A stretch of 63,950 nt of DNA, the filler included, from Neolecta irregularis DAH-3 (Eukaryota): assembly GCA_001929475.1 (NCBI GenBank). It is 16 parts of 16 records of this genome, joined end to end, with 100 filler letters (N's around TTAATTAATTAA, not from the genome) between each part and the next. Parts side by side here need not be neighbours in the genome. Positions count along the whole stretch, not along the records: positions 1 to 14,721 come from LXFE01001212.1; positions 14,822 to 19,300 come from LXFE01001214.1; positions 19,401 to 23,142 come from LXFE01001218.1; positions 23,243 to 26,403 come from LXFE01001219.1; 12 more parts are not named here. One strand, given 5' to 3'. Shown one piece after another: positions 13,901-26,200 of the stretch. The notes beneath the pieces were generated by a model that worked only from the letters and a program-made list of their open reading frames with translations, did not search any database and was not told the origin of the DNA. Made by a program: the position numbers and the translations under genes. The stretch's first letter is position 1. Each line of letters opens with the position of its first letter.

Positions 13901-14721
13901 CCGGATACCCGGAAAAGAAGAGCAATGACGCCATGGTTGACTACATTGGTCCAGCTCATTGGAAGTTCCAAGGGAGATCTGTCCGAGTCCCCCATGTCGA
14001 GACAAGGGTCTCTAGGATCTTGAGAGGATCCATATGGACCAAACTCCCAAGTCAATATGTTTTCCGCGAGTGTGACGGATAAATTAAGGATAGTGTCAGG
14101 CCCTGTGCTTGCAGTCATGCTTTTCAATATCTCGGTGTGCATGCTGCCAAGCGTCTTCTCCCACAGGACTATCATCATATTGTCTGTGAAGAGGCGATGG
14201 ATCCGCTCGAGCGATCCCAAACATAGCTGCAACGGACCGCTTGTCGAGGAGATCTCTTCGATCAGGGTGGTGGAGTACAAGAGAGCGACCATCCGTCGTC
14301 TCTCGTCGCCAGAAAACAGCTGATTGACAGTGCCATTGAGACGCCTGATCTCTGCTTCTCCGGATTCTAGCAGAAACCGCTTTGTGATGGCTGACGCTGC
14401 CCGAAGCACGGCCTCGTTGACCCATCTTGGGAGGTCAGCGCGCGAGGCCGCATAGAGCAGGAGCTGGCTCCTGAGCCGGTCCATATAGTCGGCGGTGTAT
14501 GAGACGAAATCGCGGCAGGTCGCATGCTGGATGGCGCCTGCGACATGGTACACAAGGCTCAAGACCTGTGTATGCGCAAGTATAAACTCGCACAGCGGCA
14601 GCACATTGGGCGCCGTCTTCAGCTCGCCGATAGCAGCGGCCTGCGATCTGGCGGTCTGTTTGCGAGTCAGCCGCCCGCGCCGCAGACGCAGATACCGGCG
14701 GGAGAACCGCAACCGCCTGTT
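10979..14721 (-). CDS. XPO4: Exportin-4-like karyopherin (ARM/HEAT), multi-exon, 5' end cut by gap; 3' end approximate
   Basis: LPLCEFILAHTQ..LRSQLLLYAASRADLPRWVNEAVLRAASAITKR and HWAVMISGYILADDSFEGE..P resemble XPO4 N-terminal and central motifs as recalled. Confidence 0.7.
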
Positions 14722-14821
14722 NNNNNNNNNNNNNNNNNNNNNNNNNNNNNNNNNNNNNNNNNNNNTTAATTAATTAANNNNNNNNNNNNNNNNNNNNNNN
14801 NNNNNNNNNNNNNNNNNNNNN
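14722..14821. other. Artificial contig linker N..TTAATTAATTAA..N (recurs ~18 times in the window)
   Basis: Identical six-frame-stop linker flanked by N runs at every gap. Confidence 0.97.
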
Positions 14822-14954
14822 GCGTCTGCCAATTGCCTGGTGTGAGAGATTGATATCAGATTTATAGTGCACACATCTCGTTGTGCACTTATAAACTCAT
14901 CACCACCCCTTTCCCACTATCCTCCCAGATCTTTCCTTCATCCAGTTATTGAAT

Positions 14955-15872
14955 ATGTCGCCTATCTCTGCCGCCAACTATGATATCACCGTCCCCCGCT
15001 ACGAAGAGGCCTTGGCCTGGTTAGAAAGCGAAAACACCAGTTCATCAGAAGAAGCCGAAGAACATCCTACAGATACTTGGTCTGAAGCTGCCCAAATGTC
15101 TCTCGAACAGGCTGTTCGGAAATTAAGTGCAATGGAAGGACGATTAGGACACGCAAGAAAGATATCGAATGGTTCACTTCGTCCCTTACATCCGATTGAG
15201 GAGCTCGAAGAAAGTTCCGAAAGTTTCATTGTATCTGGAAAACGCCAAAGTCCAATCCATCAGAAAAGGAATCTTTCTGATCGGATGGACGATCCCAGTA
15301 CTCCGACTCGCTCTCGTTCAAATTCCGCGCATTCCCTTCGACACAAGCGCTCTCGCGAATATGTTTTTCCAATCCATTCTTCCAGCTCCAGCTCCAACAA
15401 TAGCGATGAAGATCTACTGCGAGCTTTTCCTCCTCCGCCGTTTCCTCTAAGCCTACCGGATTCCCCTCCTTTCTCAACTTCTCCCATTCTCCCAACCTTT
15501 GCATCTCGGACTAGTTTCCCGTTTAGCCCGCCTCGACAAACAATTCCTCCTCGAAAGTCGAGTCTTGCTGGAATGTGTGGAGCTTCGAGTCCCACATTTC
15601 TCACTCGACCTCCATCAAGTCTGCCATTACCAACGGTCGATGACGGCTACTATTCGTTGCCCAGTACTCCCGCAATGCACCCCGAATGTTCACCTAAAAT
15701 GGACTGTCAGTGTGGTTCTGCCGTTTTTTCCGACCTCGACCCCTGTCTTGCTGCCCGATTTGTGATACGCATAAGCAGTCTGACGTCGCTGTCAAAAAGC
15801 TCGAGCAGCGATAAAGAATTAGCTCGCAGAAAGTTGGAAGCAGCTCTTCGTGCACTCGAGACTACAGAATAA
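14955..15872 (+). CDS. Hypothetical Ser/Pro-rich protein (~305 aa)
   Basis: Intronless ORF, low complexity, short helical ends (LEQAVRKLSAMEGRL; ELARRKLEAAL). Confidence 0.6.
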   Translation: MSPISAANYDITVPRYEEALAWLESENTSSSEEAEEHPTDTWSEAAQMSLEQAVRKLSAMEGRLGHARKISNGSLRPLHPIEELEESSESFIVSGKRQSPIHQKRNLSDRMDDPSTPTRSRSNSAHSLRHKRSREYVFPIHSSSSSSNNSDEDLLRAFPPPPFPLSLPDSPPFSTSPILPTFASRTSFPFSPPRQTIPPRKSSLAGMCGASSPTFLTRPPSSLPLPTVDDGYYSLPSTPAMHPECSPKMDCQCGSAVFSDLDPCLAARFVIRISSLTSLSKSSSSDKELARRKLEAALRALETTE

Positions 15873-16617
15873 ATGCAGTCTTTAACCCCGGAACAAACCT
15901 GATTTTGAAAGACTCGAAAATACAATATTTTTTCAAGCGTTTGTTTATGGCAATTGGTCAACTCTCTCATTGAGATTGAGTCAACCATGTGTGACATAGC
16001 TTCTGCTGGTTGAGAAGGTGGTTTGCACGTTCATTGCTATCGGAAAGATTTTCTCACTTTGTATCGGATATAGGTATTTATAGATAAAGGTCAAGGAGAG
16101 CAATATTGTATTGGATAGTCTCAGCTAGCAATCCAATGCCGAGTGTTCTGCAAAGCACATGTTGTCAAGTTACATTTCGAGTTCGGCCTTGGTGAACCCG
16201 AGATTCCGCATTTCATCGGGCACCATTAGTCCTCTTTGATACAGTCAAACGAAAATATTTGAAGGATTCAGTCGCACTTGTCCATTCGACACTGAAGATA
16301 CAGTTGTGCAAGATGTCTGCACGGCGGATTTGCGCCCTGGTGAATCTTTAAACAACGAATATAGTCGGTCATAGAATCTTTGCATTCGCCTAATGTATTA
16401 AGACAGAATATTTCTCCAAGGGCTTCTTACCTCCATGATCAAGAGGAAAAGAGCCGCGCGCTGGCGGGGATGGCGAAGATGACTTTTGGCTGGGCGGAGC
16501 GCCAAAGGCCATGGTGGAGCAGGACGAACCCGGGTGAAACCTGACAGAACCCGCTCCGGGGATCCCCGACATTACTCCAGCCCCACAAACCGCCTGATCC
16601 AGGAATTTTGAGGTTGA

Positions 16618-19300
16618 ATGTCGCCTATTGCACCACCAAATACCGAATGGGAGCTGCTACGGGATACATTCTATCGCAGGGTGCGCTGTTTGCGGGATTA
16701 TATTTACAGTCTTAGAGCGATATTTATAAGATGACTTGGTCCGACCTTGATCTATCGAGTTTCACCGTTGTTGCTGCACCACATGGAGGCGCTCTAGGTG
16801 CTTTCCCGGATCTAAACATGGATTGCTGATAGAATTAGCCTTGATAAGAGACGAAAGTAAAACCTACACATATCCCCGGATAGCAACAAGCAGGCCTGGC
16901 ATTTTGATTTATTCCTCGTCCGGTCAGTTGATAGAGCGGATCCCAGTAATACCCGGGATCTATCCCAACAGTTGATCTGGTAGTGGGATGGTAAAAAGAT
17001 TTGTGGAAGCGGGTGGACGAACAACGAAAAGTTGGTCATTGTGACCCATGATGGTACGGTCCGCTATTATGATCTCCGAGGCCATTTTTCACAATTCTCT
17101 CTTGGAGAGGTAACCCATGGAATCACTCAGCATTCTGAATTATCAAGGACGCAGTGGCTACCGGTGTGCATGAATGTCAGTTTTGGCAATCAGGCCTCGT
17201 TGCACTACTTCGAGATGGGAGGTATGTGATGATATCAAACTTTGCGGAGCCACGACCGCGGATGTTTGCAACTCACGGATTGACTGTCAAACAAATACAT
17301 TGTTGGGCTATTCTACCTCCGCAGCATACCTTAAGTCGACAGGTCGAAATCTTGATCGCAACAAGACAAACAATATTAGTTATCGACGCAGTGGAATCAC
17401 AAGACCAACTTTTGGAGCAAGGACCTTTCTCTTGTATGAGTGTTTCTCCGAATGGAAGCTTCTTGGCACTATATAGCCCAGAGGGCAAGTTATGGGTTGT
17501 CAGTACCGATTTCCAAAGAAACCTTTCTGAATTCGATACTGGTGAACGAACAGGACTGAAGCAAATTGCCTGGTGTGGCGATAATTCAGTGATTTTAACA
17601 TGGAATAATTTGTTACTAATGGTCGGCCCTTTTGGTGGAGCATTGAGGTTATAATCCCCGAACCAGGAGGAAATTTGACTCATTGTTCAGGTATATGTAC
17701 GACGATTACTTCTGGATATTCACGGATACCGATGGATTGAGAATAATTAGTCAGACTAAATGTGAATTCTTACAGAGAGTCCCAGGTATATGATCTAGCT
17801 ACATATGAACCTCATCGGTAGATTACGTCGAAGATGTGTTCAAAGTCGGAGCTACCTCGCCAGCTGCTGTACTTTTGGATGCTGCCGATCAGCTGGATAA
17901 GAAATCGGCTAAAGCAGATGAGAATGTTCAAATCATCCGGCCTCACCTGACCGAAGCTGTCGAAACTTGCATAAAAGCCGCGGGCTTCGAGTTTTCTTAT
18001 TATTGGCAAAAGCAACTACTGAAAGTAAAATCCAAAGTGTTCATCACAACACTAATTATAAGGCTGCATCATTCGGAAAGGCATTCCTTGATTTTTACAA
18101 TAGTGACGCTTTTGCCGAAATGTGTGATTATCTGAGGGTACTCAACGCAGTGCGCAACTTTGAGATAGGTCTTTCCTTGACTTATGAACAGTATTCTATA
18201 AACTACACTAGTATCTCACTGCCAGATTTATCCAGCTCGGACCCGAGAATCTGATTGATCGCTTATTGGATCGCCAACAACATTTATTAGCTCTTCGGAT
18301 TAGTGAGCATCTCAGATTACCATTAGACAAGGTTTATATACACTGGGCCTGTATGAAGGTGGAGTCAATTTCTCATCATCGCTCACATTTCAGATCAGAG
18401 TTTCTGGATCCAACGACGACAGCGTTTGTCGAATCATTGTAGAAAAGCTCGCAACTAGAAAGGAAATATCTTATGAACATATTGCAAGGACAGCATACGA
18501 CGAGGGCAAAACCAGACTTGCTACAAAGGAAATTTCCCATATTTTCATTAAGACACTAATAATTTAGCTTTTAGATTACGAGAGCAATCCTGCAAACCAG
18601 GTTCCTCTATTGTTAAGCATGAAAGAAGATGAACACGCACTTAAAAAGGCTATAGAAAGCGAAGATTCTGATCTAGGTATCAAATTCTGCTATATGCGTG
18701 CTTAATCTTAAAGTCTACTTCGTCTTGCTGGAACTGAAAGGAAAAATGTCCTTGCCGCAATTTTTCCATTTGTTGAATGACAAACCGGTGGCCTCTCGAT
18801 TGTTTGAACGGCTTGCGGATGAGCAGAATGATAAAGCTTTGCTTAAGGATTTCTTTTACCAGGATGACAGAACAGGCGATAGTGCAGGCGTTATCTTGAA
18901 AGATGGCTTCGAGAAAACTGTAAAACCGACACTCTTGGTTTCGTTGACCACCAGGATCATCGTGAACGTTTAGACTCACTTCACCTAGCTTCAAAAATGT
19001 TTGGAGAAGACAAAGAACATGCATTTGAGGCGAAAGTGAATACTCTCTCCCTTGTAGTTTTTTAATGTAGCAGGCAGTTGAAGAACAAGTTCGTTTGCTA
19101 CAATTCCAGCAAGATCATGAAAAAAGTCTTCAGACAAAGTTATATAAGCTCTCGCTAAATGATACCATCTTTGAACTTTTGAAGGCAGGGGATACATCAA
19201 AAGCATCGAAACTTAAAACAGATTTCAAAGTCCCGGACAAACGGTTTTGGTGGATCAAACTGCGTGCATTGATAGCTATCCGAGACTTCTCTCAGATTGA
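16618..19300 (+). CDS. VPS16: HOPS/CORVET subunit Vps16, multi-exon, 3' end cut by gap
   Basis: [80 protein letters not shown]. Confidence 0.95.
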
Positions 19301-19400
19301 NNNNNNNNNNNNNNNNNNNNNNNNNNNNNNNNNNNNNNNNNNNNTTAATTAATTAANNNNNNNNNNNNNNNNNNNNNNNNNNNNNNNNNNNNNNNNNNNN

Positions 19401-20150
19401 GGGACAATTGAGTACCTAATTCGATCTTTGCAATCACCATCCTTGCAATGCGAGCAAAAATCTCCTCGACGTTATCTCCAGTCAATGCTGATGTTTCGAG
19501 GTAGCTAAGTTCTGTGGTGTCAGTGATTCTTTTGCAACAACATACTGTGCCTCTCTGCCCAGCGCCCTGCTTCGTCTATGCGGACTTCGCGCTCTGAAGA
19601 AAGATCTGCCTTGTTTCCGACGAGCAGGACGGAGAGATTTGCGGAAGCGAGAGCGCGAGCGTCTGTGAGCCACGAATAGAGGTCTGCAAAAGTAGGCGCT
19701 GATGTGATATCGTAGACGAGAATTGCGCCTGCCGCACCGCGATAGAAGCTGCGAGTCACACTGCGGAAGCGTTCCTGGCCCGCGGTATCCCAGATCTGCA
19801 GGATCAGCGTTTAATAGTGGTGAAACAGGAATAGCCACGCACCTGTAGTTTGACTCTTGTTCCATGCAGCGACAAGATCCTGCCGCTCAGCTCTACGCCC
19901 ACGGTATGACTGGTGATAGTTTGCCCTGCTGGTCAATTTCTGCGTATATTTGGCTGCCATACACTCGTCCTGCACGAATCGATGCAGCAGACTGGATCTA
20001 GGGATGAGCGCCAACGATGTTTTTCGGGAAAAAGCACTTGCCGCTGCTTGCAGGCCCAATGATAATGAGCTTGATCAGCAGATCGTAGTAAGTCGAAAGT
20101 TCCTGCGACGCAACAGTCAAACTCGACTGCGAACGCTTTCGCAGATGCAT
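19401..20150 (-). CDS. YPT4: Rab4/Ypt4 small GTPase, multi-exon, 3' end cut by gap
   Basis: [86 protein letters not shown]. Confidence 0.85.
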
Positions 20151-20876
20151 GGCGGGGTAAGGAGGTGAGCACGTGACCCGCAATGTTACAAAAAGGTCCT
20201 TTTTTTCATTTCTGCTCTTCACAATCCCAGCTGGTCCTACAGATATCGTAAATATCACAGGTCTCTCTAGGAATCATCGATCAGAGGTACGTCTTTTCTA
20301 TCTCATATCTACGTGATGATCCCAAGATCGCATTCCTAAACATCCGAATATCCATGTTGAAGCATTCTCGTTTCAGCCTTGTCTGATCATTCTCTGCGTC
20401 TATCGCTTTCCTGTTCGTCCTGACACATCTAGGTGTCTCTTTCCATCCAAGTTTCTCCATTGCAGGTATGTCTCCTTTTTCTTTTGGGATATGAAGACAC
20501 CATGACGATGGGCGGACATAGTTATATGACCACTTCTCTCGCGAGTTGTAGCTGCGAGCAACTGTACAACCTGTTTCGCGGGTCTATGACAGAGATGATT
20601 ATCGTCTTGCTGATCCCTTTATTCGCCTTCTTTTTGATAATATGCTCACATGCTTGTCAGATTTATGATGTCACATTTTACCAAAGTACCTGTCGGAATT
20701 CAATAATAGCGGTTTCATAGCGAATATATATTCTAACAATGTGTTTTGGAATCTCATTAATAATGTCAAGTTTCAATCAGTTGCCACCAGGTTTTTATAT
20801 AAACCACCAAACTCCATTCTTGCCTCGTTCACCTCTCCACTCAAATTTTCCTTTCTACTTTCTGATTCACTGAAAA

Positions 20877-22067
20877 ATGAGTCCTGCAGGTGGTGGGGCT
20901 GGCTATTTTCTGAGGTCTCTGGTAAAGGGCATATCAGAGACCATTAGATTGAACGCCGTCAAATTTACTGCTCGTCAAAAGTCTAGTCATCTCATCTCGT
21001 TTCGACCACCCAAACGGCATCCTTTTGCCAATTTCAGGTCGTATCACGCAAATGCGCGTTCCAAGCAGTCGAATAGTAGACGCTTTGACAGTCAAAGCGG
21101 ATTTAATCCACCATATGGATTTGTCCCGCTTCTTTCGGCTGGACTTCGACGACCTAATTTGGGTGCACTCCCTGGTTCTTTTAAGAAACATCGCAACTTT
21201 AGTATGAGCGCGCTTCCTTGCAAAATCTCATTTCTAGGCGGTGCTGCTCTGTCTCCTGGCCAAATCTTTGCCGATGTCGCTGCGAATATCGCGATTTCAG
21301 CGAGATGCGCTTTAATTGGTGGGACCAAAGAATATAATAGATGTAATGCAAGTGTACGAGTTCCGATCAGCGATCGAATCATGTCGAACCACAACGATGG
21401 CAAAAAGGCTTGTTTGACTACCGTCAATTTTAACTTGAATCCGCATCTATACGTTTCTGGAAAATCTGCACTTGATGATACGTTTCTCGACCGAATGGAA
21501 GAAGCACGAGGATACACGAAAAACGCTTTCCAGAAAATTCATGATAATCTCTCGCGATTATTTGTGGTTGGAAGCTTGCCGCTTGATATAGTTAGTTACG
21601 GCGGGATGCATCTGCACGTACTCGATCAGAGCGACAACTTGATAACCTCTTTTGATCTGAATCCTGTTGCCCTTTGCGGAAGATCATTTATCCTCGACGC
21701 GGAGTTTCTAGCGGAATTAGACAACTGTAGCCTCTTCTGTGATCGGAATTTCAGTTCAATTATTCGTCGATTATATGTCCTTGCGCACGAATCCACTCCT
21801 CTTCGAGTCGTGGTGATTGAAAAGCCAATGGAGCTTCGTATCAAAATGCGTGGACGAACAGCGCAGGACGTTGAATTTTTATTGCGAGATCTTGGAATTG
21901 ACGGAGGGAATATCCTTGGCCAAGAAATTTTGCCAAAATATTCTTCGTATGGCGGTATGGATGAAGTTGATTGGGATTTCCTATTGCCACAGGGGTTCCA
22001 GGATGTAACCTGCTTCATTCAAGAAGTCCGTCAAAGGATTTGTATGAATCGAAATACCGGCGGATAG
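20877..22067 (+). CDS. Uncharacterised fungal protein, possibly Spg5-related, with internal tandem domain duplication
   Basis: 396-aa intronless ORF; basic presequence-like N-terminus; GSLPLDI and LRIKMRG..DVEFLLRDLGIDGG resemble the Spg5-like fungal family (recalled similarity only). Confidence 0.55.
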   Translation: MSPAGGGAGYFLRSLVKGISETIRLNAVKFTARQKSSHLISFRPPKRHPFANFRSYHANARSKQSNSRRFDSQSGFNPPYGFVPLLSAGLRRPNLGALPGSFKKHRNFSMSALPCKISFLGGAALSPGQIFADVAANIAISARCALIGGTKEYNRCNASVRVPISDRIMSNHNDGKKACLTTVNFNLNPHLYVSGKSALDDTFLDRMEEARGYTKNAFQKIHDNLSRLFVVGSLPLDIVSYGGMHLHVLDQSDNLITSFDLNPVALCGRSFILDAEFLAELDNCSLFCDRNFSSIIRRLYVLAHESTPLRVVVIEKPMELRIKMRGRTAQDVEFLLRDLGIDGGNILGQEILPKYSSYGGMDEVDWDFLLPQGFQDVTCFIQEVRQRICMNRNTGG

Positions 22068-22146
22068 TTTTGCAGTGTAGTAGCGAATCTGTTTTAAAAT
22101 TTTATATTGTTATAAATAATAGGCGAGGACGGTTTCTCGTTTGCAA

Positions 22147-23065
22147 ATGTTGCCTTTCCCAATCGAAACCACGAAAACTGGTATTTCGTCGTCCTGTATA
22201 GTTTCCATCGATAAACCCCCTTTAAACACATTTTCAACACAATCTCTAGTTCATCAGGTTTGTTGGCATAGAGGACGCTCGGAACTAAGGTCCAGATCTC
22301 AGTTTTACTGCCCTCTGAATTACTTGCATTCGTAAAACACGAGATCGATGCCGAAATCACAAAGTCAGTGTACTACCGTGCTTCTTTCCCATTATCCGTT
22401 CTTCTCCAGTCAAATGTACTTGATACATTTGTGAAATCAGGTAAATATACTTCTTGTAAATACTAACTGTAACGGTACTCTACTTGCGACAACTATACCC
22501 AATCCTGGTACCCATGATCATTTTCTCTTAAAAAATGGTAAACCTTTTTATCTGGGATTCATTTAAATGCATAGGTAAATTGACAATGTTTCTTTGCAAA
22601 GATACGTATGAAACCGCTGGTCTCGAGGGCAAACCCACCACACTGGGTAAAAAAGATCCATGGCGAAGTAAGCTGGTTTCTAAATTTATTCTAATTTGAC
22701 TGTGATTGAGTATGATTTACGACAAGGTTCGATGTGTACCGGTAATAAGCGCTTTGAACGTTTAAAATGGAGTTTTGACAACGTTCTTGTTGGTCCTATT
22801 GAATTTCTCCTTTTATTCGATGAAAACGGTAACTTGTTTCATGTTACAGGCTTATGGTGTAGATGGCTTAGACCCCTTCAATGCAGAAAAAATCGAGATA
22901 TCACTTGAAATCAAACAATCTGTTCAACAGATATTTACACCGAATTTTCTAGAAAGAGATACTTTTCCACAAAAATCAGATGAATGGAAAGAATCGATTT
23001 CTGAGATTTATGAATGGATTGCTCTTGCTTTGTTAGACGCTGATCGGTATGAAGAATATTGTTTG
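22147..23065 (+). CDS. RPP40: RNase P/MRP subunit p40, multi-exon, 3' end cut by gap
   Basis: GKLTMFLCKDTYETAGLEGKP, IEYDLRQGSM..GNKRFERLKWSFDNVL, EIYEWIALALLDADR. Confidence 0.8.
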
Positions 23066-23075
23066 NNNNNNNNNN

Positions 23076-23142
23076 TCATGCAGCGACAAGATCCTGCCGC
23101 TCAGCTCTACGCCCACGGTATGACTGGTGATAGTTTGCCCTG
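23076..23142. other. Orphan ~66-bp duplicate of a Rab4 exon region (19863-19928) between N-runs; probable assembly artefact
   Basis: Exact match CATGCAGCGACAAG...TTTGCCCTG. Confidence 0.75.
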
Positions 23143-23242
23143 NNNNNNNNNNNNNNNNNNNNNNNNNNNNNNNNNNNNNNNNNNNNTTAATTAATTAANN
23201 NNNNNNNNNNNNNNNNNNNNNNNNNNNNNNNNNNNNNNNNNN

Positions 23243-26200
23243 ACTATTCCTAGGACATATTATCTCAAATAACAAGATATCACCAAACCCAGGAAAGATA
23301 TCAGCAATTGTATCATGGCCTAAACCCAGAAACCCAAAAGATATTCAAAAGTTCCTTGGATTAGTCACCTATCTAGGTAAGTTCATACCTAACTGTGCCA
23401 CATGGAAGGCACGACTAACTAGCCTGGTATGAAAGGATATGGAATTCATATGGGGACCAACCCAGGAAGCAGCTTTCTTGAAGCTAAAGCAGATACTAAC
23501 AAGTAAACCAGTATTAACAGACCTGGATTATACCTCAGATAAACCAGTTTGGTTATCCTTTGACTCCTCTATAACAGGAGTTGGAGGAAAACTAGCCCAA
23601 GGAAAGCACTGGAAAAATGTGAGAACAATTGGTTATGCATCAAGAGCACTAAATCCAGCAGAGACAAACTATCCAGTGCATGAGCAGGAGACTCTAGTAT
23701 TAAAATCTTGTTTAGAAGAATTTCGGCACCTTATAATAGGATGACATATCATTGTCCTAATAGACAATCAAGCTGTGAAGTATTGGTGTTCTCAGAAGAA
23801 CCCTTCAAAATGATTAACACAATGGTTTGAGGTATTTGCTGACTACAATTTCGAAATTTGCCATATCCCAGGGAAGGAGAATCTCAAGGCAGATGCTCTA
23901 TCAAGAGATCAGAGATTCCAAGCTGCAGAGGTAAATACTATAATGGTATTAGAAGGAATATTAGAAGAAGAGATCAGGAATGGGTATACTAAAGACCCAT
24001 TAATGCAGGCAGTGCTAAAGGCACCACACGATCACACAAACTTCAAAGAAGATGACGGCATTGTATTCACTAACACAACCACCAAGACTATGTATACCTA
24101 ACATTAGAACAGTTATTGAAAGGATCATACAGGAACATCATGAAGATATTGGACACCCAGGCCCACAAAGACTATACATGATGCTCAGGAAACAATTCTT
24201 TTGACCTAGGATGTATATTGATATAACGAAGTTTTCAAAGACCTGTGAAGAATGTCAGCGGAATAAGGCAACCACACAAGCACCTGGAGGACATTTAAGA
24301 TTACAGGATATACCAGAGATCCCATGGCAGTATATAGTGATTGACTTTATTGGCCCTTTACCAAAATCAGATGGCTGTAATGCAATCATGATGGTTATTG
24401 ATAGATGTACCAACTTGGTGCATCTTGTCCCAGGGAAAACGACAGACAGAGCTAAAGAGATGGCAGAAGCTTTTATCAGAGAAATCTATAAGTTACATGG
24501 TCTATGCAAAAGCATTGTTACTGACAGAGACAGAAGATTCACAGGTGCATTCTGGATGCAGCTCTGCAACCAGTTGGGAATTCACCAGAGAATTTCAACA
24601 TCATATCATCCACAGACAGATGGTATTACTGAAAATGTGAATAAGCAAGTAGGAGCGATTCTAAGATCTAGAATTAGTCAAACAAATGACTGGAAGTGGG
24701 TTTTACCAATGGTAGAGTTCACTATAAATGCAGCTCCAAAGAAATGCCATGGGTACACCCCATTCGTCCTAATATATGGACAAGATCCAAAGATTATTCA
24801 CCTATGAAGATTAGAATTTAGAAACAACAGCAACAATGGTACCTCAAGCAGATGACTTTATAGCCAGCCTAGTTTCACAACAGCAAAGTGCAGATGGTAC
24901 CACTGAAGAGAAAATAACAACTGGAAACTACAGCAGAATCGAGAGAAACAGAAAGGCGAAGGTAGTAGATAGGATTAAGAGGAAACCTATGTTTAATAAG
25001 CGGGGAATCACAGGAAGAAATGCCCATAAGCATAGAGAAAAGGTGCTAAATCCAGCACAGCAAGAGCAGGACAGAGAACTGCAATTCACATGAGCAGCAG
25101 TAAATTGGGGCGGAGCACTACAACAGAAATGAGCACAAGATCATTAACGAAAACCAGAAGTACTGAATATTCAGTGACAGCAGCAGACTCAACAACAGGA
25201 AACATTATAAGAACAATCGACACAGCAAGAGCAGCAAACTCAACAACAGGAAGAAGCCTAGTAAGAGCAATACAAGCGACAACCAACAGCAGAAAGCAGC
25301 AACAGGATGACAACTATAGTGTCAGTAATGGCAAGTACCAGGAACCACACCCACAATCCAAGATATAGTGAAAAACAAGCAATTTCAGCACAGCAGAGAC
25401 AAGCAAGCAACAGTGGAATCTATGAGGAAAGGGGGAGTATAGTTAGTGAAATAGAGGACAGTTCAGAGCATGATGAACAGGAAGCCAGAGAAGAAATAAC
25501 CTGAGTACAGGAAAGAGGAAAATCTGTTTCAATAAAAACTATACCAATTAGAAGAACAGTAATGCCAAAGAGAGAAAAACCAGCAAAAGAAAGAGCAAGG
25601 GAAAGAGCAGAGGCGATTTGGAGGTGGAAAAAGGTTGTTGAACATAGAGAGGGAATAGCTGGGAAGATTGTAAATTGTGAGGGGAGGCAGAAAAAGCAGA
25701 AACTGCAGAACAAATCAATCCAGGAAAACCAGGAGGACAGTGAGAGACAGAGGAAGGAAGGATTGGAGGACAGGGACAATGGAATTGGGGAGGTGGAGCA
25801 GGATCAGGAGGAGGAGAGCACTGTGGTCAGAATTGACTGGGGTGAACAGCCAACTCACCATGACAATACAGAACAAGAAACACCAAAAACAAATACACTA
25901 ATTGATTAGCTACTACAAGAAAGGAAGATAGCTGCAGATTCGATATATAAATTGAAAATTCAGCAAGCCATTACAGCAAACAAGAGATGTAGACCAGCAA
26001 ACAAGAGACGAAGACCACCAACCAAGTTCACACTAGCAGACCTTGTCCTAGTATCAACAAATAACATGAATCTCAGAGACTGCAGCACCAAGAAGTTCAT
26101 GCCCTGATAGATAGGACCTTTCCCAGTTATCCATGTAGGCACCAGCAAAAATTATGAATTGAAGTTGCCAAAGTTAATGAGAAATTTTGGTAAGTTCCAT

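Noticed and set aside
23076..23142. Rab4 exon copy next to RPP40 as a possible exon shuffle
   Set aside because: Tiny perfect duplicate isolated between N runs; most likely an assembly artefact.
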